In this document: positions 34,978 to 45,074 of the stretch, piece after piece | Position numbering within the stretch: the stretch's first letter is position 1 | Layout: every line of letters begins with the position of its first letter | DNA from: Escherichia coli phage KS_S14 | Length of the DNA stretch: 64,000 nucleotides | Direction: 5' to 3' (one strand) | Sequence record: LC788706.1 | Notes under the pieces: model-generated | Told to the model about the DNA's origin: nothing | The model's input: the letters and a program-made list of their open reading frames with translations, nothing else | Databases searched by the model: none | Position numbers and translations under genes: made by a program

Positions 34978-35164
34978 CTAATTCCCTCTCAATTTGCAGA
35001 ATACGAGTGCTATCACAACGTTGCAGTAGTACTAGCTTTTCTAGAATAACTTGTTGTTGTTTCACTTGGGCTTCTAGAGTTTTTAGGCGGAGATACACGA
35101 CACGAGAGACAATAAGGATTACCCAGACTAATATTACTATTAGTGTAACTGCCACTTCCATCAT
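34970..35164 (-). CDS. small membrane protein with coiled-coil tail
   Basis: 64 aa; start overlaps upstream stop. Confidence 0.35.
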   Translation of the reverse strand: MMEVAVTLIVILVWVILIVSRVVYLRLKTLEAQVKQQQVILEKLVLLQRCDSTRILQIERELDV

Positions 35165-35267
35165 TTACGTTTCTCCGACAGTAGGGTTTCAATTCTAGCT
35201 AAGTGATTATCTAAAATACATTGACCAATAATCACAACCCCCAGTAGTGCAATAATTACCCATTCCA
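35160..35267 (-). CDS. very small membrane protein (35 aa)
   Basis: ATG overlapping stop of upstream ORF; hydrophobic; hand-found. Confidence 0.25.
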
Positions 35268-35395
35268 TTATATCCACCCCGCCATAGCTGCTAACCAAAA
35301 ACCTACGAAAATAAAGAATAGGATAGTTCCGAACCCAAAACTATTTATCCAACTCTCATACACCTCTCCGCGTCTATTCTTTCTTTTGTTTGACA
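35267..35395 (-). CDS. small membrane protein (42 aa)
   Basis: ATG with AGGAG RBS; basic N-terminus then hydrophobic helix; hand-found. Confidence 0.3.
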
Positions 35396-35572
35396 TATCT
35401 TTCATGCTCCTATAAGTGTGGTATTTGAAATATTCTATAACTTGTGCACAACCAACCGTGCCTATGAACTCCTAGAAGGACTTCTACTTTTCTTATATAG
35501 TGTTTTCTGCCAGTATACCGTCCAAGAAATAAAAAATTTAGTTTACTTGGATGTCTTTTTGTTTTATACTAA

Positions 35573-35839
35573 TTACAGGTAATTAGATTGCTCTAGTTTA
35601 AATTTACAATCACCGTATTTAAGGTCAAACTGACTGAGATCCCACCACCCAAACTTAGTACGGAGCTGTACTACTGGAAAGCGATCTCCCTTAATACGAA
35701 CTTTTTGAACCTTGAGGCCGTAATGTTCCTCTCCCGCACCACCAAAAGATTTTACAAATCCCATACAAAATGGTTTGGGGGCAGGTGCACAACCAGATAA
35801 CATAACTGTGGCAACTAGTGCAATCACAAACTTTTTCAT
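35573..35839 (-). CDS. lipoprotein, Llp-like (possible receptor-blocking lytic-conversion protein)
   Basis: 88 aa; signal peptide with lipobox LSGC; divergent from receptor-binding-protein candidate. Confidence 0.45.
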   Translation of the reverse strand: MKKFVIALVATVMLSGCAPAPKPFCMGFVKSFGGAGEEHYGLKVQKVRIKGDRFPVVQLRTKFGWWDLSQFDLKYGDCKFKLEQSNYL

Positions 35840-35924
35840 ATTTATCTCTCCATTTCTAATTTATGAATCTATTATAGCAAAATAGAGAGATGAAAGCAAA
35901 TACATTTTTATAATAGGAGATTAT

Positions 35925-37682
35925 ATGGGTTTTTTCGCTGGAAAGTATAGCGATGGTAAGACCGTACTATCTTTAAATACTGAATCTGGTGGTGACATTA
36001 ATCGTCACTATAGTCCAAGTAATAATAGTATTTTTCATAGTGATATGCCATTTGTTCTAGTTGATGGTACTTATGAGGCAGGATTAGGTGATGCCGGGAA
36101 TGGGTTTTTCGTATGTCAGATGCCTCCTGATATAGTAAATATTAAATCTAATGATCCTGGTAGAGTTATACTAACTGCTATTGAGATTAATGGTACTCAC
36201 AGAGCTTTTCTTAATGGTACTCAGAGTAAAGTTGGTCAAACTATAGTTGCCACTCAAGCAGACCCCTTTAGATCTTTTGCTAGTGTTTCTCAAACCAGTG
36301 GATTTGCATTTGGTAATAGTCTAGCATCTGGAACTTATAATTATAACCCATCGATAGGGCACGAAGAATCTATTTCTAGGAGTGGTACAGGTGGTACTAC
36401 GTTACATAGTACCTACCATGGGATAGTTAGGCCTGGTGCGGGAGCTCCTGTAGGTGTTACTGTTGCAGAAGCCTTTGCACAGTTAGGTTTTCCTACTAAT
36501 AGTAGCACAGTACCTGTAGATGGGAATAACCCGTATTATTGGGATCCTGGATGGATGTCGCCTCTAGGAGCAGCACATAGAGGGCATGATTGGTTTTATG
36601 TTTGCAACTCTAATATACGTGGATACGGTGGGGTTAGACAAGGGCTCCCAGGTAATGTAAATACTATGTACCACGACGGTGGGAACAGATTTGTTTGTAG
36701 GGGATCTACTACTAATTTAGCTAACCAGTCGGGTGACTCTACAATACTACAGGATTGGTATAATATAACCCCTACTAAGGTTATTTGGTATGTTCTTAAT
36801 TTAAGGTACTCTAATGGTGGAATGAGTATTTCAGGCAACCCCTTTACTGGTTCTGATATTCTTATATCTCCTTCTAATTTCATAATTAAAGGGGTAAGTC
36901 TCCCTAATACCGGGTATAAATTTATAAATCAGAATGCTTTTGGTAACCTAGGTTACCGTCCTGATATGGAGTATATAGGAAATAACGCAGCGTATACCGG
37001 GGTTTTTGGGGATACCACGGCAAGGTGTGAACTTGTAGGGTCTAGTAATGGAGGATTATGGTCTCCTGTAGACTATGGTGGAGCTAAATCCCAAATTAGC
37101 ATTTACAAATTCGGAGCTGGTAAGCAATGGTATGTAAACTCTAGGGATAATACTATCGGTAATGAACACGGGGTTGTTTGGGGACCATCAGCAGTTCCAT
37201 TACGACTTTTTGGTGGAAATGTAGGTAGCTCTTACATGGGGGATGATATTACTCCCAGCTACCCGGGAACAGGGGATAGATACGTTGGTTTATCAACTAT
37301 TGGGCTAGGTATACCGGGTGGCAATGCTACAGTAATTCTTACCACTGAAGTTATATCAGGTAACCTTAACTGTGCAGGTGTTCCTGCTAATACATGGAAT
37401 AACGGTGTGTTTCAAGTGCAAGGAAGAAGAGCATATAGCTATAGTAATGGAGATGCAATATTCCACCAGATTTTAACATTACCAGTAGGGTATTTAGTAC
37501 CTTTTCATACTACATCTGCTTTTAGATACACACCTAACAATGCCCTAAGTAGAAATAGTTTTATATACACTGCTAAAAATCTGGGGAATGGAAATGTAGA
37601 GTTAGGGGTAGTTATGCACGTAAGTTTAGGTAGTGCAGTTTTCCTACCGAGATTAAGAGTAACAGTTCAACGCCTTACCTAA
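35925..37682 (+). CDS. receptor-binding tail protein candidate (pb5/Oad-like)
   Basis: 585 aa; Gly/Asn/Ser-rich; adjacent to lipoprotein and terminal-repeat-like region; N-terminus MGFFAGK resembles recalled pb5 start. Confidence 0.45.
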
Positions 37683-37692
37683 AGGAGGAAAT

Positions 37693-38175
37693 ATGGCAAA
37701 TGATGTATTAGTACCAGATCTTATGTCCCCTGAAGGGATGGATGTAATTGAAGCATATTTACAGTGTGGCAGCGATGTGCCTTCTGCCGCACGTAGTCTT
37801 GGGATGTCCGAAATTGCTTTTCGAGATATTATGAATCGTAGTGAAGTTAAGAACTACTTAAATGATATTTTTATGGAGAGTGGTTTCCGTAACAGAGATC
37901 GTTTATTTGGTGTTCTGGATGAAGTTATCAAGCGTAAACTAGAGGAACTAGAAGAAACTGGCATGGGTTCTGACCAAGATATTATGGATATTCTCTGGAA
38001 AGCACATAAAATGAAAATGGAAGAAATGAAAATGATGGTAGAACTGGAGAAAGTGAAGGCAGCAGCCCGTACTCCAGCTAACCAGACCAACATCCAGAAT
38101 AATATTATTGCTGGAGCTGGGGATCAAAACTACATGGACTTAATTACTTCCCTAGCTACTGGAGGTAAGAAGTAA
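37693..38175 (+). CDS. terminase small subunit candidate
   Basis: 160 aa directly upstream of large terminase; HTH-like N-terminus. Confidence 0.5.
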
Positions 38176-39491
38176 TGGAAGTATCAAGACCTTACGTTAA
38201 TACAGTAGATGTTATTGATTTCGGAATAGATAAACGTTTCTTTCGTCTACCTGTTTCGGGAATACTAGCACAAGAAGGTATTACACCTAATGGTCCTCAA
38301 ATAGCGATTATTAATGCTCTAGAGGATCCTAGACATCGTTTTGTAACGGCGTGTGTATCACGCCGTGTAGGTAAATCCTTCATCGCATATACTCTTGGGT
38401 TCCTAAAATTGCTGGAACCTAATGTGAAGGTGTTAGTAGTTGCTCCTAACTATTCACTGGCCAACATCGGATGGTCTCAGATTCGTGGTCTTATTAAAAA
38501 ATATGGCCTACAAACTGAACGTGAGAACGCTAAAGATAAGGAAATTGAGTTAGCTAATGGTTCTCTGTTTAAACTAGCTTCCGCTGCTCAGGCTGACTCC
38601 GCAGTTGGACGTTCATATGATTTTATCATCTTTGACGAGGCGGCAATTTCCGATGTGGGTGGTGATGCCTTCAGGGTTCAGCTGCGTCCTACTCTAGATA
38701 AACCTAATTCTAAGGCTCTATTTATTTCCACACCTCGTGGAGGTAACTGGTTTAAAGAGTTTTACGCCTACGGATTTGATGATACGTTGCCTAACTGGGT
38801 ATCTATTCATGGTACATATCGTGATAACCCTCGTGCTGACCTGAATGATATAGAAGAAGCACGTCGTACGGTTAGTAAAAACTACTTCCGCCAGGAATAT
38901 GAAGCTGACTTCTCTGTATTTGAAGGTCAGATTTTTGATACTTTCAATGCTATTGACCATGTTAAAGACCTTAAGGGTATGCGTCATTTCTTTAAAGATG
39001 ATGAAGCATTCGAAACGTTGCTTGGTATCGACGTTGGTTATCGTGATCCTACAGCAGTTCTTACTATTAAGTATCATTACGATACGGATACTTACTATGT
39101 ATTAGAAGAGTATCAGCAGGCGGAGAAAACTACAGCTCAGCATGCTGCTTACATTCAGCACTGTATAGATCGTTATAAAGTTGATCGTATTTTTGTTGAC
39201 TCCGCGGCAGCTCAGTTCCGTCAAGACTTAGCTTATGAGCATGAAATTGCATCAGCTCCAGCTAAAAAATCTGTCCTAGATGGCCTAGCATGCCTGCAAG
39301 CACTGTTCCAACAGGGTAAGATTATTGTAGATGCCTCATGCTCCTCCTTAATTCATGCACTGCAGAACTATAAGTGGGACTTCCAAGAAGGTGAAGAGAA
39401 ATTATCACGTGAAAAACCACGTCATGATGCTAATTCTCACCTTTGTGATGCGCTGCGCTATGGAATTTACTCTATTTCCCGTGGTAAATAA
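38175..39491 (+). CDS. terminase large subunit
   Basis: 438 aa; Walker A-like RRVGKS, Walker B-like DFIIFDEAA, C-terminal nuclease-like region. Confidence 0.75.
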   Translation: MEVSRPYVNTVDVIDFGIDKRFFRLPVSGILAQEGITPNGPQIAIINALEDPRHRFVTACVSRRVGKSFIAYTLGFLKLLEPNVKVLVVAPNYSLANIGWSQIRGLIKKYGLQTERENAKDKEIELANGSLFKLASAAQADSAVGRSYDFIIFDEAAISDVGGDAFRVQLRPTLDKPNSKALFISTPRGGNWFKEFYAYGFDDTLPNWVSIHGTYRDNPRADLNDIEEARRTVSKNYFRQEYEADFSVFEGQIFDTFNAIDHVKDLKGMRHFFKDDEAFETLLGIDVGYRDPTAVLTIKYHYDTDTYYVLEEYQQAEKTTAQHAAYIQHCIDRYKVDRIFVDSAAAQFRQDLAYEHEIASAPAKKSVLDGLACLQALFQQGKIIVDASCSSLIHALQNYKWDFQEGEEKLSREKPRHDANSHLCDALRYGIYSISRGK

Positions 39492-39662
39492 ATAAATATA
39501 GGATGGGATACTACTCAGTTGGTATCCCATTCCTGTATTTTAAAATCCCCTTTACAAATTCGATACGATTATGTATACTATATTCATTGATCGGGAGAAC
39601 TTCTCCCATAATAGAACGTAAACAAGAAAAATTAATGCTCTACATGGGGTGTAGGAGATTCT

Positions 39663-40337
39663 ATGGGTCGACAAAAGCTAACAATAAAAGATATAAATAT
39701 TAGATTAGCTGATCGTGGAATCCAAATTGTCGGTGAGTATGTAAACCAACGTACAAAAACAGTATTTAAATGCCAGAGAGCACATGTTTGGGAAGCAACA
39801 CCACATTCTATACTCCATATGGGGAGAGGTTGTCCACACTGCTCCAATAATACAATATCGTTAGATGAAGTTAATAACAGAATATCTAATATAGGGTATA
39901 CTCTGTTAAGCAGCTATACTAATGCTAAAACAAAACTACATCTACGCTGCAATAATGGTCATGACTGTTTAATTACCTTAGATGGATTGACTCAAGGTAA
40001 GAGATGTCCTTATTGTTCTCTTAAGTGGGAGAATGGCGGATTCCTCTATATCATGTCCTCCTCTAGTGGTACTAAAGTAGGCATAAGCTTATACCCTGAG
40101 AAACGGCTGAATGAAGTTAAAAGAGAATCTGGATTTTCTGACCTATACTTGTTCACCATGTATCATCTGCCAGATAGAGAGACTGCTTTAGATTTAGAAA
40201 AGGAAGTTCACAGAGAATATTATAATAAAAACTGTGGGTTTTCTAATTTTACAGGAAGCACGGAATTTTTTAATGTTGCTCCTGAGGATATAGTAATCTT
40301 TCTAAGTAGCTTTGGATTGGAGGATTATGGCCACTAA
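39663..40337 (+). CDS. zinc-ribbon plus T5orf172/GIY-YIG-like homing-endonuclease-like protein
   Basis: 224 aa; two GxGCPxC ribbon repeats and C-terminal GGFLYIM...KVGIS...EFF block; sits between terminase and portal. Confidence 0.5.
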   Translation: MGRQKLTIKDINIRLADRGIQIVGEYVNQRTKTVFKCQRAHVWEATPHSILHMGRGCPHCSNNTISLDEVNNRISNIGYTLLSSYTNAKTKLHLRCNNGHDCLITLDGLTQGKRCPYCSLKWENGGFLYIMSSSSGTKVGISLYPEKRLNEVKRESGFSDLYLFTMYHLPDRETALDLEKEVHREYYNKNCGFSNFTGSTEFFNVAPEDIVIFLSSFGLEDYGH

Positions 40338-40764
40338 TACTAAGTACAAACGTGATGCCATTTCCATAATGAGGGATGGTATAAAATCTAGGTATAGTAA
40401 GGATGGTTGCTGTGCTATATGTGGTAGTAGTGAAGACCTAGAACTTCACCATTATCATACTATATCTCAGCTAATAAAAAAATTTGCTAAAGAACTCCAG
40501 CTGGATTTCACTGATGAGAATATCGTCCTTTCAAATAGGGAAGCATTCTACAAGAAATATGAGCATGAGTTAGTTAGGGACGTGGTAACATTGTGCCAGC
40601 ACCATCACCAATTATTACATAAGGTTTACACAAAAGAACCTCCTTTATTTTCTGCTAATAAGCAAAAAGCGTGGGTTCAAAAGCAGAAAGACAAATTACA
40701 GAATCCTCAAGAAAAGACACAAGTCAAGACTGAAACAAAATCAGGATTCGCAAGGTTCTTATAA
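40312..40764 (+). CDS. HNH endonuclease
   Basis: 150 aa; CCAICGSSEDLELHHYH and CQHHHQLLH motifs. Confidence 0.6.
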   Translation: MDWRIMATNTKYKRDAISIMRDGIKSRYSKDGCCAICGSSEDLELHHYHTISQLIKKFAKELQLDFTDENIVLSNREAFYKKYEHELVRDVVTLCQHHHQLLHKVYTKEPPLFSANKQKAWVQKQKDKLQNPQEKTQVKTETKSGFARFL

Positions 40765-41981
40765 TGGGTTTTAAAAGCTGGATTACTGAAAAGCTAAATC
40801 CGGGTCAACGTATTATAAGAGACATGGAACCAGTTAGTCATCGCACTAACCGTAAGCCTTTTACCACTGGACAAGCCTATAGCAAGATTGAGATTCTCAA
40901 TCGAACTGCCAATATGGTTATAGATAGTGCGGCGGAGTGTTCTTATACTGTCGGAGATAAATATAATATTGTTACGTACGCTAATGGCGTCAAAACAAAG
41001 ACTCTAGACACTCTCTTAAATGTACGACCTAATCCATTCATGGATATAAGTACATTCCGTAGACTTGTAGTCACTGACCTACTTTTTGAAGGTTGTGCAT
41101 ACATCTATTGGGATGGCACATCGCTTTACCATGTCCCGGCTGCTCTTATGCAGGTCGAGGCAGATGCCAATAAGTTTATCAAAAAATTTACATTTAATAA
41201 TCAGATAGACTATCGCGTAGATGAGATTATCTTTATAAAGGATAACAGTTACGTGTGTGGCACAAATTCTCAAATTTCTGGACAATCTCGTGTTGCTACT
41301 GTTATTGATTCTCTTGAAAAGCGTTCTAAGATGCTTAACTTTAAAGAGAAATTCTTAGATAACGGAACCGTGATTGGTCTTATTCTTGAGACGGATGAAA
41401 TCCTGAACAAGAAATTGCGTGAGCGTAAACAAGAAGAATTACAACTCGATTATAATCCTAGTACGGGTCAGTCTTCTGTCCTGATTCTAGATGGTGGTAT
41501 GAAAGCTAAACCGTACTCCCAAATATCCTCTTTTAAAGATCTAGACTTTAAGGAAGACATCGAAGGATTTAATAAATCTATTTGTCTAGCCTTTGGAGTT
41601 CCGCAAGTACTGCTTGATGGTGGTAATAATGCGAATATTCGACCAAACATCGAATTGTTCTATTATATGACTATCATTCCTATGCTGAACAAACTGACTA
41701 GTTCTCTTACTTTCTTTTTTGGTTATAAGATTACCCCTAATACTAAGGAGGTAGCTGCATTAACACCAGATAAAGAAGCTGAGGCTAAACATTTAACCTC
41801 ATTGGTTAATAATGGTATTATGACTGGTAACGAAGCTCGTTTAGAGCTGAACCTTGAACCTTTAGATGATGAGCAGATGGATAGGATTCGTATTCCTGCT
41901 AACGTTGCTGGTTCTGCAACAGGTGTATCTGGTCAAGAAGGTGGTAGACCTCAAGGTTCCACCGAGGGAGATAAAGAATGA
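40764..41981 (+). CDS. portal protein
   Basis: 405 aa, next structural gene after terminase and upstream of protease; size near recalled T5 portal. Confidence 0.6.
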   Translation: MGFKSWITEKLNPGQRIIRDMEPVSHRTNRKPFTTGQAYSKIEILNRTANMVIDSAAECSYTVGDKYNIVTYANGVKTKTLDTLLNVRPNPFMDISTFRRLVVTDLLFEGCAYIYWDGTSLYHVPAALMQVEADANKFIKKFTFNNQIDYRVDEIIFIKDNSYVCGTNSQISGQSRVATVIDSLEKRSKMLNFKEKFLDNGTVIGLILETDEILNKKLRERKQEELQLDYNPSTGQSSVLILDGGMKAKPYSQISSFKDLDFKEDIEGFNKSICLAFGVPQVLLDGGNNANIRPNIELFYYMTIIPMLNKLTSSLTFFFGYKITPNTKEVAALTPDKEAEAKHLTSLVNNGIMTGNEARLELNLEPLDDEQMDRIRIPANVAGSATGVSGQEGGRPQGSTEGDKE

Positions 41982-42472
41982 TTGATTATAATGGTCTAAA
42001 GACCATTTTTGGTGAAAAACTGCCAGAATCTCATATCTTCTTTGCTACGGTTGCTGCGCATAAATATGTTCCTAGCTATGCTTTTCTGCGTAGAGAACTA
42101 GGGCTTTCATCTGCGCATACTAACCGTAAAGTATGGAAGAAATTTGTAGAGGCTTATGGTAAAGCAGTTCCTCCTGCTCCACCGGCCCCACCGTTAACTC
42201 TTTCTAAAGATTTAACTGCTAGCATGTCAGTTGAAGAGGGAGCAGCATTAACACTTTCTGTTACTGCAACTGGTGGTACTGGTCCATATACTTATGCATG
42301 GACTAAAGATGGTTCTCCTATTCCGGATGCTTCAGGAGCTACCTATACTAAGCCTACAGCAGCAGCTGAGGATGCCGGCTCTTATAAAGTAACTGTAACA
42401 GATAGTAAGCAAGTAAGTAAGGACTCTACTACATGTGCTGTGACAGTTAATCCTACTGTTCCTGGAGGCTAA
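41978..42472 (+). CDS. capsid decoration protein with Ig-like domain (pb10-like)
   Basis: 164 aa; proline-rich linker then Ig-like C-terminal region. Confidence 0.5.
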   Translation: MIDYNGLKTIFGEKLPESHIFFATVAAHKYVPSYAFLRRELGLSSAHTNRKVWKKFVEAYGKAVPPAPPAPPLTLSKDLTASMSVEEGAALTLSVTATGGTGPYTYAWTKDGSPIPDASGATYTKPTAAAEDAGSYKVTVTDSKQVSKDSTTCAVTVNPTVPGG

Positions 42473-42475
42473 TAA

Positions 42476-43108
42476 ATGACACAAGCTGCTATTGACTATA
42501 ACAAGTTAAAATCAGCACCCGTTCATTTAGATGCTTATATTAAATCTATTGATAGCGAATCCAAAGAAGGTGTTGTAAAAATCCGTGGATTCGCTAATAC
42601 AATTAGTAAAGATCGCGCTGGTGATGTAATTCCTGCTTCTGCGTGGAAAACGTCTAATGCACTTACTAACTACATGAAAAACCCGATTATTCTTTTCGGA
42701 CACGATCATCGTCGTCCAATCGGTAAGTGTATTGATCTTAATCCTACTGAAATGGGTCTCGAAATCGAATGCGAGATCTATGAAAGTTCTGACCCGGCTA
42801 TCTTTTCACTAATTAAAAACGGTGTACTGAAAACTTTTAGTATCGGATTCCGCTGCCTAGATGCAGAGTGGGATGAAGCTACTGATATATTTATTATTAA
42901 AGATTTAGAACTATACGAAGTCTCGGTAGTTTCTGTACCTTGTAATCAGGACTCAACATTCAATCTCGCTAAGAGCATGAATGGTCATGATTATACTGAA
43001 TGGCGTAAATCTTTTACTGCAATAAGTTCTAAAGCTGTCCCAGCTCAAGAACGTAATCTTTCTGAACTAGAAAAACTTGCGATAGCTTTAGGCTACGTTA
43101 AAGAATAA
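42476..43108 (+). CDS. prohead protease
   Basis: 210 aa between decoration and capsid genes; FGHDH motif. Confidence 0.55.
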   Translation: MTQAAIDYNKLKSAPVHLDAYIKSIDSESKEGVVKIRGFANTISKDRAGDVIPASAWKTSNALTNYMKNPIILFGHDHRRPIGKCIDLNPTEMGLEIECEIYESSDPAIFSLIKNGVLKTFSIGFRCLDAEWDEATDIFIIKDLELYEVSVVSVPCNQDSTFNLAKSMNGHDYTEWRKSFTAISSKAVPAQERNLSELEKLAIALGYVKE

Positions 43109-43125
43109 CGGAGAATTATTTAAAA

Positions 43126-44502
43126 ATGACTATTGATATTAATAAGCTGAAAGAAGAACTTGGTCTGGGTGATCTGGCTAAATCTCTGGAAGGTCTGACC
43201 GCTGCTCAGAAAGCTGCCGAAGCTGAACGTATGCGCAAAGAGCAGGAAGAAAAAGAACTGGCTCGTATGAATGATCTGGTTTCTAAAGCAGTTGGTGAAG
43301 ATCGTCAGAAGCTAGAAGAAGCTCTGGAACTGGTTAAATCCCTGGATGAAAAATCTAAAAAGAGCGCAGAACTGTTTGCACAGACTGTAGAAAAACAGCA
43401 GGAAACTATTATTGGTCTTCAGGACGAAATCAAATCTCTACTGGCAGCTCGTGAAGGACGTTCCTTCGTCGGTGATAGCGTAGCTAAAGCACTGTATGGT
43501 ACTCAGGAAGCTTTCGAAGATGAAGTTGAAAAACTAGTTCTGCTATCTTATGTAATGGAAAAAGGCGTATTCGAAACTGAACATGGTCAGAATCACCTTA
43601 AAGCTGTAAACACCTCTTCTTCAGTTCAGGTTTCTAATGAAAACTATGAAACTATTTTCTCCCAGCGTATCATTCGTGATCTGCAGAAAGAGCTGGTAGT
43701 TGGTGCACTGTTCGAAGAATTGCCGATGTCTAGTAAGATTCTTACTATGCTAGTTGAACCAGATGCTGGTAAAGCTACTTGGGTTGCTGCTTCTACTTAT
43801 GGTACTGATGCAACTACTGGTGAAGAAGTTAAAGGTGCTCTGACTGAAATTCATTTCAGTACTTACAAATTAGCTGCTAAGTCCTTCATTACTGATGAAA
43901 CTGAAGAAGATGCAATCTTCTCTCTGCTGCCTCTGCTGCGTAAACGCCTGATTGAAGCACACGCTGTTTCTATCGAAGAAGCTTTCATGACTGGTGATGG
44001 TTCTGGTAAGCCGAAAGGTCTGCTGACCCTTGCTAGCGAAGATAGTGCTAAGGTTGTTACCGAGGCTAAAGCTGATGGTTCTGTATTAGTAACTGCTAAA
44101 ACTATTTCTAAACTGCGTCGTAAACTGGGCCGTCATGGTCTGAAACTTAGCAAACTAGTACTGATCGTATCTATGGATGCTTATTACGATCTGCTGGAAG
44201 ATGAAGAATGGCAGGATGTTGCACAGGTTGGTAACGATGCTGTTAAACTGCAAGGTCAGGTTGGTCGTATTTATGGTCTGCCAGTTGTAGTTTCTGAATA
44301 CTTCCCTGCTAAAGCTGCTTCCGCAGAATTCGCAGTTATCGTTTATAAAGATAACTTTGTAATGCCGCGTCAGCGTGCTGTTACTGTTGAACGTGAGCGC
44401 CAAGCTGGTAAACAGCGTGACGCGTACTACGTTACCCAGCGTGTTAACCTGCAACGTTACTTTAATAACGGCGTTGTATCCGGTACTTACGCTGCATCTT
44501 AA
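43126..44502 (+). CDS. major capsid protein precursor
   Basis: 458 aa; coiled-coil N-terminal scaffold-like domain; HK97-like position; highly expressed codon style. Confidence 0.7.
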   Translation: MTIDINKLKEELGLGDLAKSLEGLTAAQKAAEAERMRKEQEEKELARMNDLVSKAVGEDRQKLEEALELVKSLDEKSKKSAELFAQTVEKQQETIIGLQDEIKSLLAAREGRSFVGDSVAKALYGTQEAFEDEVEKLVLLSYVMEKGVFETEHGQNHLKAVNTSSSVQVSNENYETIFSQRIIRDLQKELVVGALFEELPMSSKILTMLVEPDAGKATWVAASTYGTDATTGEEVKGALTEIHFSTYKLAAKSFITDETEEDAIFSLLPLLRKRLIEAHAVSIEEAFMTGDGSGKPKGLLTLASEDSAKVVTEAKADGSVLVTAKTISKLRRKLGRHGLKLSKLVLIVSMDAYYDLLEDEEWQDVAQVGNDAVKLQGQVGRIYGLPVVVSEYFPAKAASAEFAVIVYKDNFVMPRQRAVTVERERQAGKQRDAYYVTQRVNLQRYFNNGVVSGTYAAS

Positions 44503-44523
44503 TACAGGCTTTTCAGCCGATAA

Positions 44524-44548
44524 GGAGAGCTTCGGCTCTCCTTTTTTA
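44524..44548 (+). terminator. rho-independent terminator after capsid gene
   Basis: Stem ggagagc-ttcg-gctctcc followed by T6. Confidence 0.7.
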
Positions 44549-44561
44549 TTGGGAAAAATAA
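44547..44561 (+). promoter_or_regulatory. conserved late-region motif TATTGGGAAAAATAAA abutting start codon
   Basis: One of three near-identical copies, each directly after a terminator. Confidence 0.3.
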
Positions 44562-45074
44562 ATGCAAATCATCACAGCCGAAGATTATAGATTATATGGT
44601 GGTTTAAAACGACCTGAATTAGAATCTGGTGTAGAAATGATGATTACTGCTGCCAATGCGCTGATTACGAGCCTTCTAGGCATGGATGATGCTGATGCGG
44701 TAGACCAGTTAATCAATACAAAACCTACACGTAGGAAATATTTTCTGAGCTCACCATCTGCTACCTCCGTAACTAAAGTGACGATTAACGATAAGGAGAT
44801 TGACCCAGAGCAGTATAAGCTATACTCTGATGGTATTATCCTTCTCAAATTTAATCCTCCAGAAGGTTATATGGATGTAGCATATACACAAGGTGGATTC
44901 AATCCAATACCTGAAGATCTCAAACTTGCAGCATGTATGTTAGTAGATCATTGGCACAAACAAGATTACCGCCAAGCTAAAACAATTGGTGGAGAAACAG
45001 TTACTTTTAATAATACTAAGTCTGGTATTCCAGAGCATATTCGTACTATTATTGAAGTTTACAGGAGAGTATAA
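44562..45074 (+). CDS. head completion or adaptor protein candidate
   Basis: 170 aa immediately downstream of capsid gene. Confidence 0.4.
   Translation: MQIITAEDYRLYGGLKRPELESGVEMMITAANALITSLLGMDDADAVDQLINTKPTRRKYFLSSPSATSVTKVTINDKEIDPEQYKLYSDGIILLKFNPPEGYMDVAYTQGGFNPIPEDLKLAACMLVDHWHKQDYRQAKTIGGETVTFNNTKSGIPEHIRTIIEVYRRV

Noticed and set aside
34662-35049. ORFs 34662..34868 (-) and 34717..35049 (+)
   Set aside because: They overlap the better-supported minus-strand small membrane protein genes; Arg/Ser-rich composition; no RBS.
23756-35925. Integrated mobile element or prophage-like island with integrase
   Set aside because: No integrase, transposase or att-like direct repeats were found; the content fits phage pre-early or terminal-repeat genes.
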